DNA of 64,000 nucleotides, taken from NCBI RefSeq assembly GCF_006345805.1, contig NC_043025.1:5952001-6016000 (forward strand), given 5' to 3'. Both the position numbers and the translations under genes were made by a program. The stretch is from Octopus sinensis. Its lineage: Eukaryota. Below are positions 53,059 through 64,000 of this stretch, piece after piece. The notes beneath the pieces were generated by a model. It had not been told where the DNA came from. It worked only from the letters and a program-made list of their open reading frames with translations, and made no database searches. Position 1 is the stretch's first letter; the number at the start of each line of letters is the position of its first letter.

Positions 53059-55583
53059 ATCTCAGGTCATCCCATAAGTTCTGTCTGAATTTTGGATAAA
53101 GAATACAAGTGATCAAATGTTATATTTAATTGAAAGTTAATCATCAATGTACTTTCCCTAATTATCTATGACTTACCTCCATCTATTTACAAGCTTTTTA
53201 ATCCCATCAACGTAAAACTCTTTTGTTTGAAAGCGAAGAACTCTGAAATGTCGGGTTCGACCTCCCCTGGCTTGCGAAAGTTGTATCCCCCTACTAATTC
53301 TGTAAACTATGAAACAAATGGTATCCTGAAGGAGTAAGGTCGGGAGAATAAGTTGGATGAAGAAATTTTTCCAAACCGACCCCTTCGATCTTCTGTGATG
53401 TGATCTTTGCAGTGTGGGGTTGCGCATTGTCCTGATGAAACATCACTCGTTTTCGCTCACTAAAGCGGTTTTTCCTTCAAAGCTTGGTTCAAACGCTCTA
53501 ATTGCTGACAGTAGACTTGAGCATTGATTGTTGCATTAGGTGGTAACCATATAAAGTGAATTACGCCTTTGCAATCTCACCAGATAGAGAGTAGAACCTT
53601 TTTCCCATGAAGTTCCCTTCTCGGTTGTGGTTGAGAATTTTCCCTTTTACCAAGCCACTGTTTACGACGTCTAACATTTCGATAGAAAATCAATTTTTTC
53701 ATCACAAGTCTATCGAAAAAGGGTGAAATGAGTTTGCGAGAATGGAGAGAAGAGCAGATGCCAACTCGGGATTTGCGGTTGCTTTCGGACAATACATAAG
53801 GCACCTATTTTCCAAGTTTAGGAACCTTTCCACGTTGTTGAAGATGACGATGAACTGTTGTATGGTTTCAAGTAAGCTTTATTGTCAATTCTTCAACTGA
53901 TAATGACGGATTTTCTTCAAGTAATGCCTCAAGGAGCTTGTCAAACTCAACTGGACATCCTGTTCGATATTCATCTTCAATTTTGCAGACGATCTCCTGC
54001 AAGTTCTTTCATTCGAGCACTTTGCTATAAACTGAGTGTATGTTTCGAGTCACTTCGGCATCAGAGTTACCTTTATTGTACTCATAAAGAATTATATGTG
54101 CCTTAAATGATCCTTGGATACTTCCATGTTGAAAGGGTTTTAATCAAAGCATTTTAGGGTGTCCACGAAGTCTGGGTTTATGGAATAAAATCATAACATA
54201 AGAAATAATAATTTTCCTTTTTTACTTTTGTTTAAATTAAATAAAAAAAATACTTTACTTTTCTAAATTTATTTGTTATTTTTTCTACAGATGATCGAAT
54301 GATGGCTCTGTCTAAAGAAGAAAGAATCCCAGATCGAATGATGAATCTGTCTAAAGAAGAAAGAATCGAGTTAGTATTATTAAGTGGACGAGAGGGATGG
54401 TCTTATCGCAAAATTGCGGAAGAATTTAATCTTCTACACCCTTGTAGGCAACCTATTTATTTTACTGCCGTCAGGAAATTGATCAAGAAATTTAAAGAAA
54501 CAGGCAGTGTTTCGGATAAACCCCGTTCCGGGCGACCAAAGACTTCAGATGAAACTAAAGCGGCTGTCGAGGCTAAAGTTTCTGCTAGCTAGCCCCCCAA
54601 AGTCACTTCGTCGGACATCTACGGTGTTAGGTGTTCCAAAACCAACCATCCACAAAATGCTGGTTGAGGAAAAGTTTCATCGATACAACCTACAGATATT
54701 GCATCACTTAAATTAAGACGATCCTGATAGACGAATAAATTGGATGAAAATATCAATTTTACGAAAAACTTTGTGTTGTTCAGTGACAAAGCTACGTTTT
54801 ATGTAAATGGTGAGGTCAACAGACAGAATCTTCTATACTGGTCTCGAGGTAATCCAAACAGCAAGACAGCAAAAAGGTGATGGTGTGGTGTGGTTTTTGG
54901 AAAGCTCATGTTCTAGGACCCTTCTTCATTGAACATGTAACGGATGAGACTTATGCAAATATATTGAGAGACAAATTAATATCTTAAATTGAGCGCCTAG
55001 GCGAGGACTTCCGAATTGGTTTCAGCAGGATGGGGCCCCTACCCATTTTGCCACAACTGTTAGAGATTGATTTAATGAGACTTTTCCTCTCACTAGATTG
55101 GAAGAAGGGGTCATATGGAATGGTCCTCTCGTTCACCAGACCTTTCTCCCCTTGATTTCTTTTTCTGGGGTATGTTGAAAGAGAAAGTTTACTCAATAAA
55201 GATTACAGATTTAAAACACACGAGAGAACGCATTACCAGTCAGTGTGCTTAAATTGATGGCAATATAGACTTATTTAATCAAGTTCACCTGAATTTTGCA
55301 AGGCGCATCAAGTTATGCATTGAAAATGATGGAAATCACTTTGAAAATATTATTTATTATAATTAAATAAAATTGTTTTGTTTTAAAAGTATGTGTTAAT
55401 TCCCATGTACGCAGACTTTGTGGACACCGTCTATTATTTTGTAAAACAATATTGAATTAGTTTAAACGTACACAAATGCATAAAAATAATTTTTAATTGA
55501 ATTAGACATTTGCAAATACTATTAAATTTCATTCAACTCTAAAAAGCAGGTAAAATTGGACAGAACTGGCTGGATGACTTGAT
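53059..55583 (-). mobile_element. Degenerate mariner (DD34D-type) carrying a nested rosa-like element
   Basis: Peptides FFDRLV..K.IFYRNVRRRKQW and RELHGKKVLLSIW; imperfect TIRs TCAGGTCATCCCATAAGTTCTGTC and GACAGAACTGGCTGGATGACTTGA. Confidence 0.7.
54155..55433 (+). mobile_element. Tc1/mariner-superfamily element of rosa (DD41D) type, pseudogenised transposase
   Basis: TIRs GGTGTCCACGAAGTCTG and CAGACTTTGTGGACACC; HTH region KFKETGSVSDKPRSGRP; motifs FSDKATF, FQQDGAP.H and SRSPDLSPLDFFFWG; D-to-D spacing is 40 codons plus a 2-nt remnant (41 if 1 bp was deleted). Confidence 0.8.
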
Positions 55584-56286
55584 ATATATAATCTATGATA
55601 TTCTAGTAAGTTTCAAGTTTATAACACCTTGATATCTCATTTTATATGCCTAAGACGTTTATTTTCTATTCTGGTTTTTATATATTTCTATACATTATAT
55701 TTGTATCTATAATTTATTTTAAGCCGAAACATAATACGATCCTTGTACGAACGAAAGAACAAGAATGTCCTCTGGAACGTTTATCTTCCACCGGCGTTTG
55801 TAATCGATGGTGGCATGTGCGATGATTTTGCGACTATCTTATATTTTACGGAGAAATTGGATGCCCCGAATGTAAGTCAACGCTTTATGCACAATTCAAT
55901 ATTCATAGTTCTCTATTTCTAACAGAAATTCTGTCCTCAATAACTATAGATCTATTTCTAAATGTATCTCTTTTTCTTTTCCTTCATGCACTCCCGCCTG
56001 TCTCTTGACAAAGCTTTCTTTCTGCAGCGTTCACCACGTCACCTCGTTAGGGTTAAACAGCCCTTAGCGAAAATTTTGACTGTCCTGATTTTGTTAGCAG
56101 ATTTGACGTTCCACGTATCTCAAATTTTATCTAATTTGGTCTAGGGGAGCAATTGCTTTGACGAAGACACATCTTGTTGCAATGCGGAGCAAGTAAAATT
56201 GCCAACTTCTGAGGAAGAGTTTTTTTTTAATATTCTGCCTTCACGCTATAGTTCTCTATGTAGTTAAGATTCTTCTTCTCCTTCAA

Positions 56287-57055
56287 AAGCCAAGCCAAGC
56301 CAAGCCAAGCCAAGCCAAGCCAAGCCAAGCCAAGCCAAGCCAAGCCAAGCCAAGCCAAGCCAAGCCAAGCCAAGCCAAGCCAAGCCAAGCCAAGCCAAGC
56401 CAAGCCAAGCCAAGCCAAGCCAAGCCAAGCCAAGCCAAGCCAAGCCAAGCCAAGCCAAGCCAAGCCAAGCCAAGCCAAGCCAAGCCAAGCCCACCCAAGC
56501 CAAGCCAAGCCAAGCCAAGCCAAGCCAAGCCAGCCAAGCCAAGCCAAGCCAAGCCAAGCCAAGCCAAGCCAAGCCAAGCCAAGCCAAGCCAAGCCAAGCC
56601 AAGCCAAGCCAAGAGCCAAGCCAAGCCAAGCCAAGCCAAGCCAAGCCAGCCAAGCCAAGCCAAGCCAAGCCAAGCCAAGCCAAGCCAAGCCAAGCCAAGC
56701 CAAGCCAAGCCAAGCAAGCCAAGCCAAGCCAAGCCAAGCCAAGCCAAGCCAAGCCAAGCCAAGCCAAGCCAAGCCAAGCCAAGCCAAGCCAAGCCAAGCC
56801 AAGCCAAGCAAGCCAAGCCAAGCCAAGCCAGCAAGCCAAGCCAAGCCAAGCCAAGCCAAGCCAAGCAAGCCAAGCCAAGCCAAGCCAAGCCAAGCCAAGC
56901 CAAGCAAGCCAAGCCAAGCCAAGCCAAGCCAAGCCAAGCCAAGCCAAGCCAAGCCAAGCCAAGCCAAGCCAAGCCAAGCCAAGCCAAGCCAAGCCAAGCC
57001 AAGCCAAGCCAAGCCAAGCCAAGCCAAGCCAAGCCAAGCCAAGCCAAGCCAAGCC
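56287..57055. repeat. (AAGCC)n pentanucleotide array, ~154 units
   Basis: Read directly; explains the (AWLGL)n ORFs. Confidence 0.97.
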
Positions 57056-57080
57056 TCCTGTTAATAGTGGTGCGACCAAA

Positions 57081-60068
57081 GCCATAGCGCTCACTGTTGT
57101 CTCGTAGCCGCGGACACTGAGCCCAATGGCGCCCAGAGCGAGCTCTGGTCGCCATAGCGCTCACTGTTGTCTCGTAGCCGCGGACATTGAGCCCAATGGC
57201 GCCCAGAGCGAGCTCTGGTCGCCATAGCGCTCACTGTTGTCTCGTAGCCGCGGACACTGAGCCCAATGGCGCCCAGAGCGAGCTCTGGTCGCCATAGCGC
57301 TCACTGTTGTCTCGTAGCCGCGGACACTGAGCCCAATGGCGCCCAGAGCGAGCTGGTCGCCATAGCGCTCACTGTTGTCTCGTAGCCGCGGACACTGAGC
57401 CCAATGGCGCCCAGAGCGAGCTCTGGTCGCCATAGCGCTCACTGTTGTCTCGTAGCCGCGGACACTGAGCCCAATGGCGCCCAGAGCGAGCTCTGGTCGC
57501 CATAGCGCTCACTGTTGTCTCGTAGCCGCGGACACTGAGCCCAATGGCGCCCAGAGCGAGCTCTGGTCGCCATAGCGCTCACTGTTGTCTCGTAGCCGCG
57601 GACACTGAGCCCAATGGCGCCCAGAGCGAGCTCTGGTCGCCATAGCGCTCACATGCTGTTGTCTCGTAGCCGCGGACACTGAGCCCAATGGCGCCCAGCG
57701 AGCTCTGGTCGCCATAGCGCTCACTGTTGTCTCGTAGCCGCGGACACTGAGCCAATGGCGCCCAGAGCGAGCTCTGGTCGCCATAGCGCTCACTGTTGTC
57801 TCGTAGCCGCGGACACTGAGCCCAATGGCGCCCAGAGCGAGCTCTGGTCGCCATAGCGCTCACTGTTGTCTCGTAGCCGCGGACACTGAGCCCAATGGCG
57901 CCCAGAGCGAGCTCTGGTCGCCATAGCGCTCACTGTTGTCTCGTAGCCGCGGACACTGAGCCCAATGGCGCCCAGAGCGAGCTCTGGTCGCCATAGCGCT
58001 CACTGTTGTCTCGTAGCCGCGGACACTGAGCCCAATGGCGCCCAGAGCGAGCTCTGGTCGCCATAGCGCTCACTGTTGTCTCGTAGCCGCGGACACTGAG
58101 CCCAATGGCGCCCAGAGCGAGCTCTGGTCGCCATAGCGCTCACTGTTGTCTCGTAGCCGCGGACACTGAGCCCAATGGCGCCCAGAGCGAGCTCTGGTCG
58201 CCATAGCGCTCACTGTTGTCTCGTAGCCGCGGACACTGAGCCCAATGGCGCCCAGAGCGAGCTCTGGTCGCCATAGCGCTCACTGTTGTCTCGTAGCCGC
58301 GGACACTGAGCCCAATGGCGCCCAGAGCGAGCTCTGGTCGCCATAGCGCTCACTGTTGTCTCGTAGCCGCGGACACTGAGCCCAATGGCGCCCAGAGCGA
58401 GCTCTGGTCGCCATAGCGCTCACTGTTGTCTCGTAGCCGCGGACACTGAGCCCAATGGCGCCCAGAGCGAGCTCTGGTCGCCATAGCGCTCACTGTTGTC
58501 TCGTAGCCGCGGACACTGAGCCCAATGGCGCCCAGAGCGAGCTCTGGTCGCCATAGCGCTCACTGTTGTCTCGTAGCCGCGGACACTGAGCCCAATGGCG
58601 CCCAGAGCGAGCTCTGGTCGCCATAGCGCTCACTGTTGTCTCGTAGCCGCGGACACTGAGCCCAATGGCCCAGAGCGAGCTCTGGTCGCCATAGCGCTCA
58701 CTGTGTCTCGTAGCCGCGGACACTGAGCCCAATGGCGCCCAGAGCGAGCTCTGGTCGCCATAGCGCTCACTGTTTCTCGTAGCCGCGGACACTGAGCCCA
58801 ATGGCGCCCAGAGCGAGCTCTGGTCGCCATAGCGCTCACTGTTGTCTCGTAGCCGCGGACATGAGCCCAATGGCGCCCAGAGCGAGCTCTGGTCGCCATA
58901 GCGCTCACTGTGTTGTCTCGTAGCCGCGGACACTGAGCCCAATGGCGCCAGAGCGAGCTCTGGTCGCCATAGCGCTCACTGTTGTCTCGTAGCCGCGGAC
59001 ACTGAGCCCAATGGCGCCCAGAGCGAGCTCTGGTCGCCATAGCGCTCACTGTTGTCTCGTAGCCGCGGACATGAGCCCAATGGCGCCCAGAGCGAGCTCT
59101 GGTCGCCATAGCGCTCACTGTTGTCTCGTAGCCGCGGACACTGAGCCCAATGGCGCCCAGAGCGAGCTCTGGTCGCCATAGCGCTCACTGTTGTCTCGTA
59201 GCCGCGGACACTGAGCCCAATGGCGCCCAGCGAGCTCTGGTCGCCATAGCGCTCACTGTTGTCCGTAGCCGCGGACACTGAGCCCAATGGCGCCCAGAGC
59301 GAGCTCTGGTCGCCATAGCGCTCACTGTTGTCTCGTAGCCGCGGACACTGAGCCCAATGGCGCCCAGAGCGAGCTCTGGTCGCCATAGCGCTCACTGTGT
59401 CTCGTAGCCGCGGACACTGAGCCCAATGGCGCCCAGAGCGAGCTCTGGTCGCCATAGCGCTCACTGTTGTCTCGTAGCCGCGGACACTGAGCCCAATGGC
59501 GCCCAGAGCGAGCTCTGGTCGCCATAGCGCTCACTGTTGTCTCGTAGCCGCGGACACTGAGCCCAATGGCGCCCAGAGCGAGCTCTGGTCGCCATAGCGC
59601 TCACTGTTGTCTCGTAGCCGCGGACACTGAGCCAATGGCGCCCAGAGCGAGCTCTGGTCGCCATAGCGCTCACTGTTGTCTCGTAGCCGCGGACACTGAG
59701 CCCAATGGCGCCCAGCGCGAGCTCTGGTCGCCATAGCGCTCACTGTTGTCTCGTAGCCGCGGACACTGAGCCAATGGCGCCCAGAGCGAGCTCTGGTCGC
59801 CATAGCGCTCACTGTTGTCTCGTAGCCGCGGACACTTGAGCCCAATGGCGCCCAGAGCGAGCTCTGGTCGCCATAGCGCTCACTGTTGTCTCGTAGCCGC
59901 GGACACTGAGCCCAATGGCGCCCAGAGCGAGCTCTGGTCGCCATAGCGCTCACTGTTGTCTCGTAGCCGCGGACACTGAGCCCAATGGCGCCCAGAGCGA
60001 GCTCTGGTCGCCATAGCGCTCACTGTTGTCTCGTAGCCGCGGACACTGAGCCCAATGGCGCCCAGAGC
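57081..60068. repeat. 70-bp GC-rich (64%) hairpin satellite, ~43 near-identical copies
   Basis: Unit CATAGCGCTCACTGTTGTCTCGTAGCCGCGGACACTGAGCCCAATGGCGCCCAGAGCGAGCTCTGGTCGC. Confidence 0.97.
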
Positions 60069-60199
60069 CCTGCTCCTGACACTCCGTGGACCCTAAGCAA
60101 GGCGTGTGTAAAATTTGAATGAAATTGGTTGTGTAGTTCTCAAGTTATAGGGATTCACACAGACAGACAGATACACATTCTTAATTTCATATATATCGA
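60069..60199 (-). mobile_element. Helitron-type 5' terminal segment leading into the 70-bp satellite
   Basis: Minus strand A|TCGATATATATGAAATTAAGAATGTGTATCTGTCTGTCTG...ACCAATTTCATTCAAATTTTACACAC; same layout as the 5' end of 42177-42559. Confidence 0.65.
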
Positions 60200-60202
60200 T
60201 AT

Positions 60203-60244
60203 ACTAGCATTATGACCCGGTCGTTGCCGGGTCATAGTGCTAGT
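60203..60244. mobile_element. Palindromic Helitron 3' terminus (hairpin plus CTAG|T readable on both strands)
   Basis: ACTAGCATTATGACCCGG-TCGTTG-CCGGGTCATAGTGCTAGT; similar to the 3' end at 42177-42205. Confidence 0.65.
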
Positions 60245-60569
60245 CCATGTATATATGAGTAATATATGGTGTTCATATTACATACACATATATATACATA
60301 TATATATATATACATTTACACATAAAATACAAAATACAATGTTATATCTTGATATCGCTAGTGATAACAATACTCAAAATATATAACAGACTGGAATTGT
60401 AGGCCCGTCTCTTGCAATTTCGACCAATTGTATTTTGTCCTCCCTCTGGTGTAAAGTGTGGCTACAATCCAGCCTACCTCTACTTCTGCGGGGATATCTT
60501 TCATAGTCGCACAAGACACTTTTCGATGGTGCTTTCCTCCAGGTGTTCAAATCTTCTTTTTTTCTCTAC

Positions 60570-63405
60570 ATTGTATGCTTATAGACAATTGTATATATGC
60601 AAACTGTATATAGGCATGTAAATATATGCAAATTGTATAGGTGTAAATATATGCAAATTGTATATAGTATGTAAATAGCCAAATTGTATATAGGTATGTA
60701 AATATATGCAAATTGTATATAGGTATGTTAATATATGCAAATTGTATATAGGTATGTTAATATATGCAAATTGCATATAGGTATGTAAATATATACAAAT
60801 TGCATATATGTATGTAAATATATACAAATTGCATATATGCATGTAAATATATACAAATTGCATATATGCATGTAAATATATACAAACCGTATATATGCAT
60901 GTAAATATATACAAACCGTATATATGCATGTAAATATATACAAATTATATATATGCATACAAATTATATATATGTATATAAACGTATACAAATTATATAT
61001 ATGTATATAAACGTATACAAATTACATATATGTATATAAACGTATACAAATTATATATATGTATATGAACGTACACAAATTATATATATGTATATAAACG
61101 TATAAAAATTATATATTTGTATATAAATATATACAAAATATATATAATTATATATATAATTTGTATATATTTATTTACATATATATATAAATATATACAA
61201 ATTATATATATGTATATAAATATATACAAATTATAATATGTATATAAATATATACAAATTATATATATGTATATAAAATATACAAATTATATAATGTATA
61301 TAAATATATACAAATTATATATATGTATATAAATATATACAAATTATTATATGTATATAAATATATACAAATTATATATATGTATATAAATATATACAAA
61401 TTATATATATGTATATAAATATATACAAATTATATATATGTATATAAATATATACAAATTATATATATGTATATAAATATATACAAATTATATATTTGTA
61501 TATAAATATATACAAATTATATATTTGTATATGAATATATACAAATTATATATATGTATATGAATATCTATACAAATTACATATATGTATATGAAGATAT
61601 ACGAATTACATATATGTATATGAATATATACAAATTATATATATGTATATGAAGATATACAAATTATATATATGCATACAAATTATATATATGTATATAA
61701 ATGTATACAAATTATATATATGTATATAAATGTATACAAATTATATATATGTATACGAACGTATACAAAGTATATATATGTATACGAACGTATACAAATT
61801 GTATATATGTATACGAACGTATACAAATTGTATATTTGTATATAAATATATACAAAATATATATAATTATAAATATAATTAGTATATATTTATATACATA
61901 TATATAAATATATACAAATTATATATATGTTGTTTGTTTTTTTTTGTTTTTCCAGTTTCAGCTCTTGAGCTGTGGCCATGCTGGGGCACATATAAATATA
62001 TACAAATTATATATTTGTATATAAATATATACAAATTATATATATGTATATGAATATATACAAATTATATATATGTATATGAATATATACAATTATATAT
62101 ATGTGTATGAATATAATACAAATAATATATATGTAATGAATATATATACAAATAATATATGTATATGAATATATATACAAATAATATATATGTATATGAA
62201 TATATATACAAATAATATATGTATATGAATATATACAAATTATATATGTGTATGAATATATATACAAATAATATATATGTATATGAATATATATACAAAT
62301 AATATATATGTATATGAATATATATACAAATAATATATATGTATATGAATATATATACAAATAATATATATGTATATGAATATATGCAAATAATATATAT
62401 GTATATGAATATATGCAAATTATATATATGTATATGAATATATACAAATTATATATATGTATATGGATATATACAAATTATTTATATGGATATGAATATA
62501 TACAAATTATGTATATGAATATATACAAATTATATATACGTATATGAATACATACAAATTATATATACGTATATGAATATATACAAATTATATACACGTA
62601 TATGAATATATACAAATTATATACACGTATATGAATATATACAAATTATATATATGATATACAGATTATATATCTGTATATGAACATATACAAATTATAT
62701 ATATATATATATATGTATATGAATATATACAGATTATATATATATATATGTATATGAATATGTACAGATTATATATATATATGTACATGAATATGTACAA
62801 ATTATATATATAGTATAGAAATTTATATATAATTTGTAAATTATATATTATATATGATATGTACAAATTATATATATATGTATATAATAATACAAATTAT
62901 ATATGTATATGAATATATACAAATTATATATATGTATATGAATATATACAAATTTATATATGTATATGATATATACAAATTATATATATGTATATGAATA
63001 TATACAAATTATATATATGTATACAATTATATATATGTTTATAAATGTATGCAAATTATATATATGTTTATAAATGTATGCAAATTATATATATGTTTAT
63101 AAATGTATACAAATTATATATATGTATATAAATGTATACAAATTATATATATGTATATAAATGTATACAAATTATATATATGTATATAAACGTATACAAA
63201 TTATATATATATGTATATAAACGTATACAAATTATATATATGTATATAAACGTATACAAATTATATATATGTATATAAACGTATACAAATTATATATATG
63301 TATATAAACGTATACAAATTATATATATGTATATGTATATAAATGTATACAAATTATATATATTTATATGTATATACATGTATACAAATTATATATATTT
63401 ATATG

Positions 63406-63437
<32 letters not shown>

Positions 63438-63613
63438 CATATATTATATATATATACATATTATATATATATATACATAATATTATAAATAGATGAGTGT
63501 ATTTTACCTTGTTAACATAATATATATATATATACATATTAAATATATATATACATATTATATAATATATACATATTATATATATATATACATATTATAT
63601 ATTATATACATAT

Positions 63614-63679
<66 letters not shown>

Positions 63680-63690
63680 ATATATATATG
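60570..63690. repeat. AT-rich ~20-24-bp minisatellite (TATACAAATTATATATATGTATA-type) grading into (TA)n
   Basis: Read directly; contains a small SINE-tail fragment at ~61930-61990. Confidence 0.9.
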
Positions 63691-64000
63691 TATACACTGT
63701 CCAAGCCTTGCTAGCACGGAAAACGGTGTTAAACGATGATGATGATGACGACGATTCTCCGTATTTTTTTCTCTCTCCTTTCTCTCTCACTTTCCCACTC
63801 TCTTAGTTTTCTTATCTCTCTCGACTCTTCCTCGCTTTCTCTTACTCTCTATTTATCTATCTCTCTCCCATTTATAAACAACAGAAGATCTTGAGTAAGT
63901 TGAGAAATAAAATATTTAGAAAGATCAATCAGAAATATGAGGCAGTGATAATGGAAAAGTCTGCTTCAAGGCAGACAGCAAAATGCTAACATTTAAAAGG

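Noticed and set aside
55700-56280. Helitron Rep/helicase coding sequence downstream of the satellite
   Set aside because: Minus-strand translations show many stops and no convincing Rep or helicase motif; the CTAG at ~56140 lacks a canonical following T and a GC-rich hairpin.
56287-57055. Telomere or interstitial telomere
   Set aside because: The unit is TTGGC, not the TTAGGG expected for molluscs, and it is internal with ordinary flanks; kept as a microsatellite.
57081-57150. REST/CTCF sites in the 70-mer
   Set aside because: Only loose partial resemblance to the consensus motifs.
56227-59953. (AWLGL)n and MSAMATRARSGRHW ORFs
   Set aside because: These are read-throughs of (GGCTT)n and of the 70-bp satellite; frames shift at single-base indels.

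Overview
This is repeat-saturated, AT-rich animal DNA. The repeat families match those I recognise from octopus genomes; this is an inference and no database search was run. I find no confident host protein-coding gene or true tRNA/rRNA gene. Nearly all listed ORFs are read-throughs of microsatellites, SINEs or satellites, or fragments of transposon proteins. The window contains more than 20 copies of a bipartite tRNA/CORE-like SINE and a second tRNA SINE family, including a 12-unit tandem array. It also holds RTE, CR1 and Tx1-like LINE pieces, a 5'-truncated Penelope element, Tc1/mariner/rosa/piggyBac-type DNA elements, three Helitron-type termini or elements, and a 100-N gap. Five structures stand out. 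(1) A Helitron 5' end runs directly into a homogeneous CpG-rich 70-bp hairpin satellite and then about 154 AAGCC repeats. (2) A roughly 2.8-kb palindrome is made of two head-to-head tRNA-headed SINEs carrying a hammerhead-ribozyme motif, each trailed by a 185-bp satellite. (3) Three hammerhead-like motifs have different cores. (4) RTE insertions carry very long target-site duplications, and one has a PHD finger inside the RT region. (5) A SINE-derived satellite shows A/B higher-order alternation. Many 1-bp frameshifts may be long-read consensus errors rather than real mutations.
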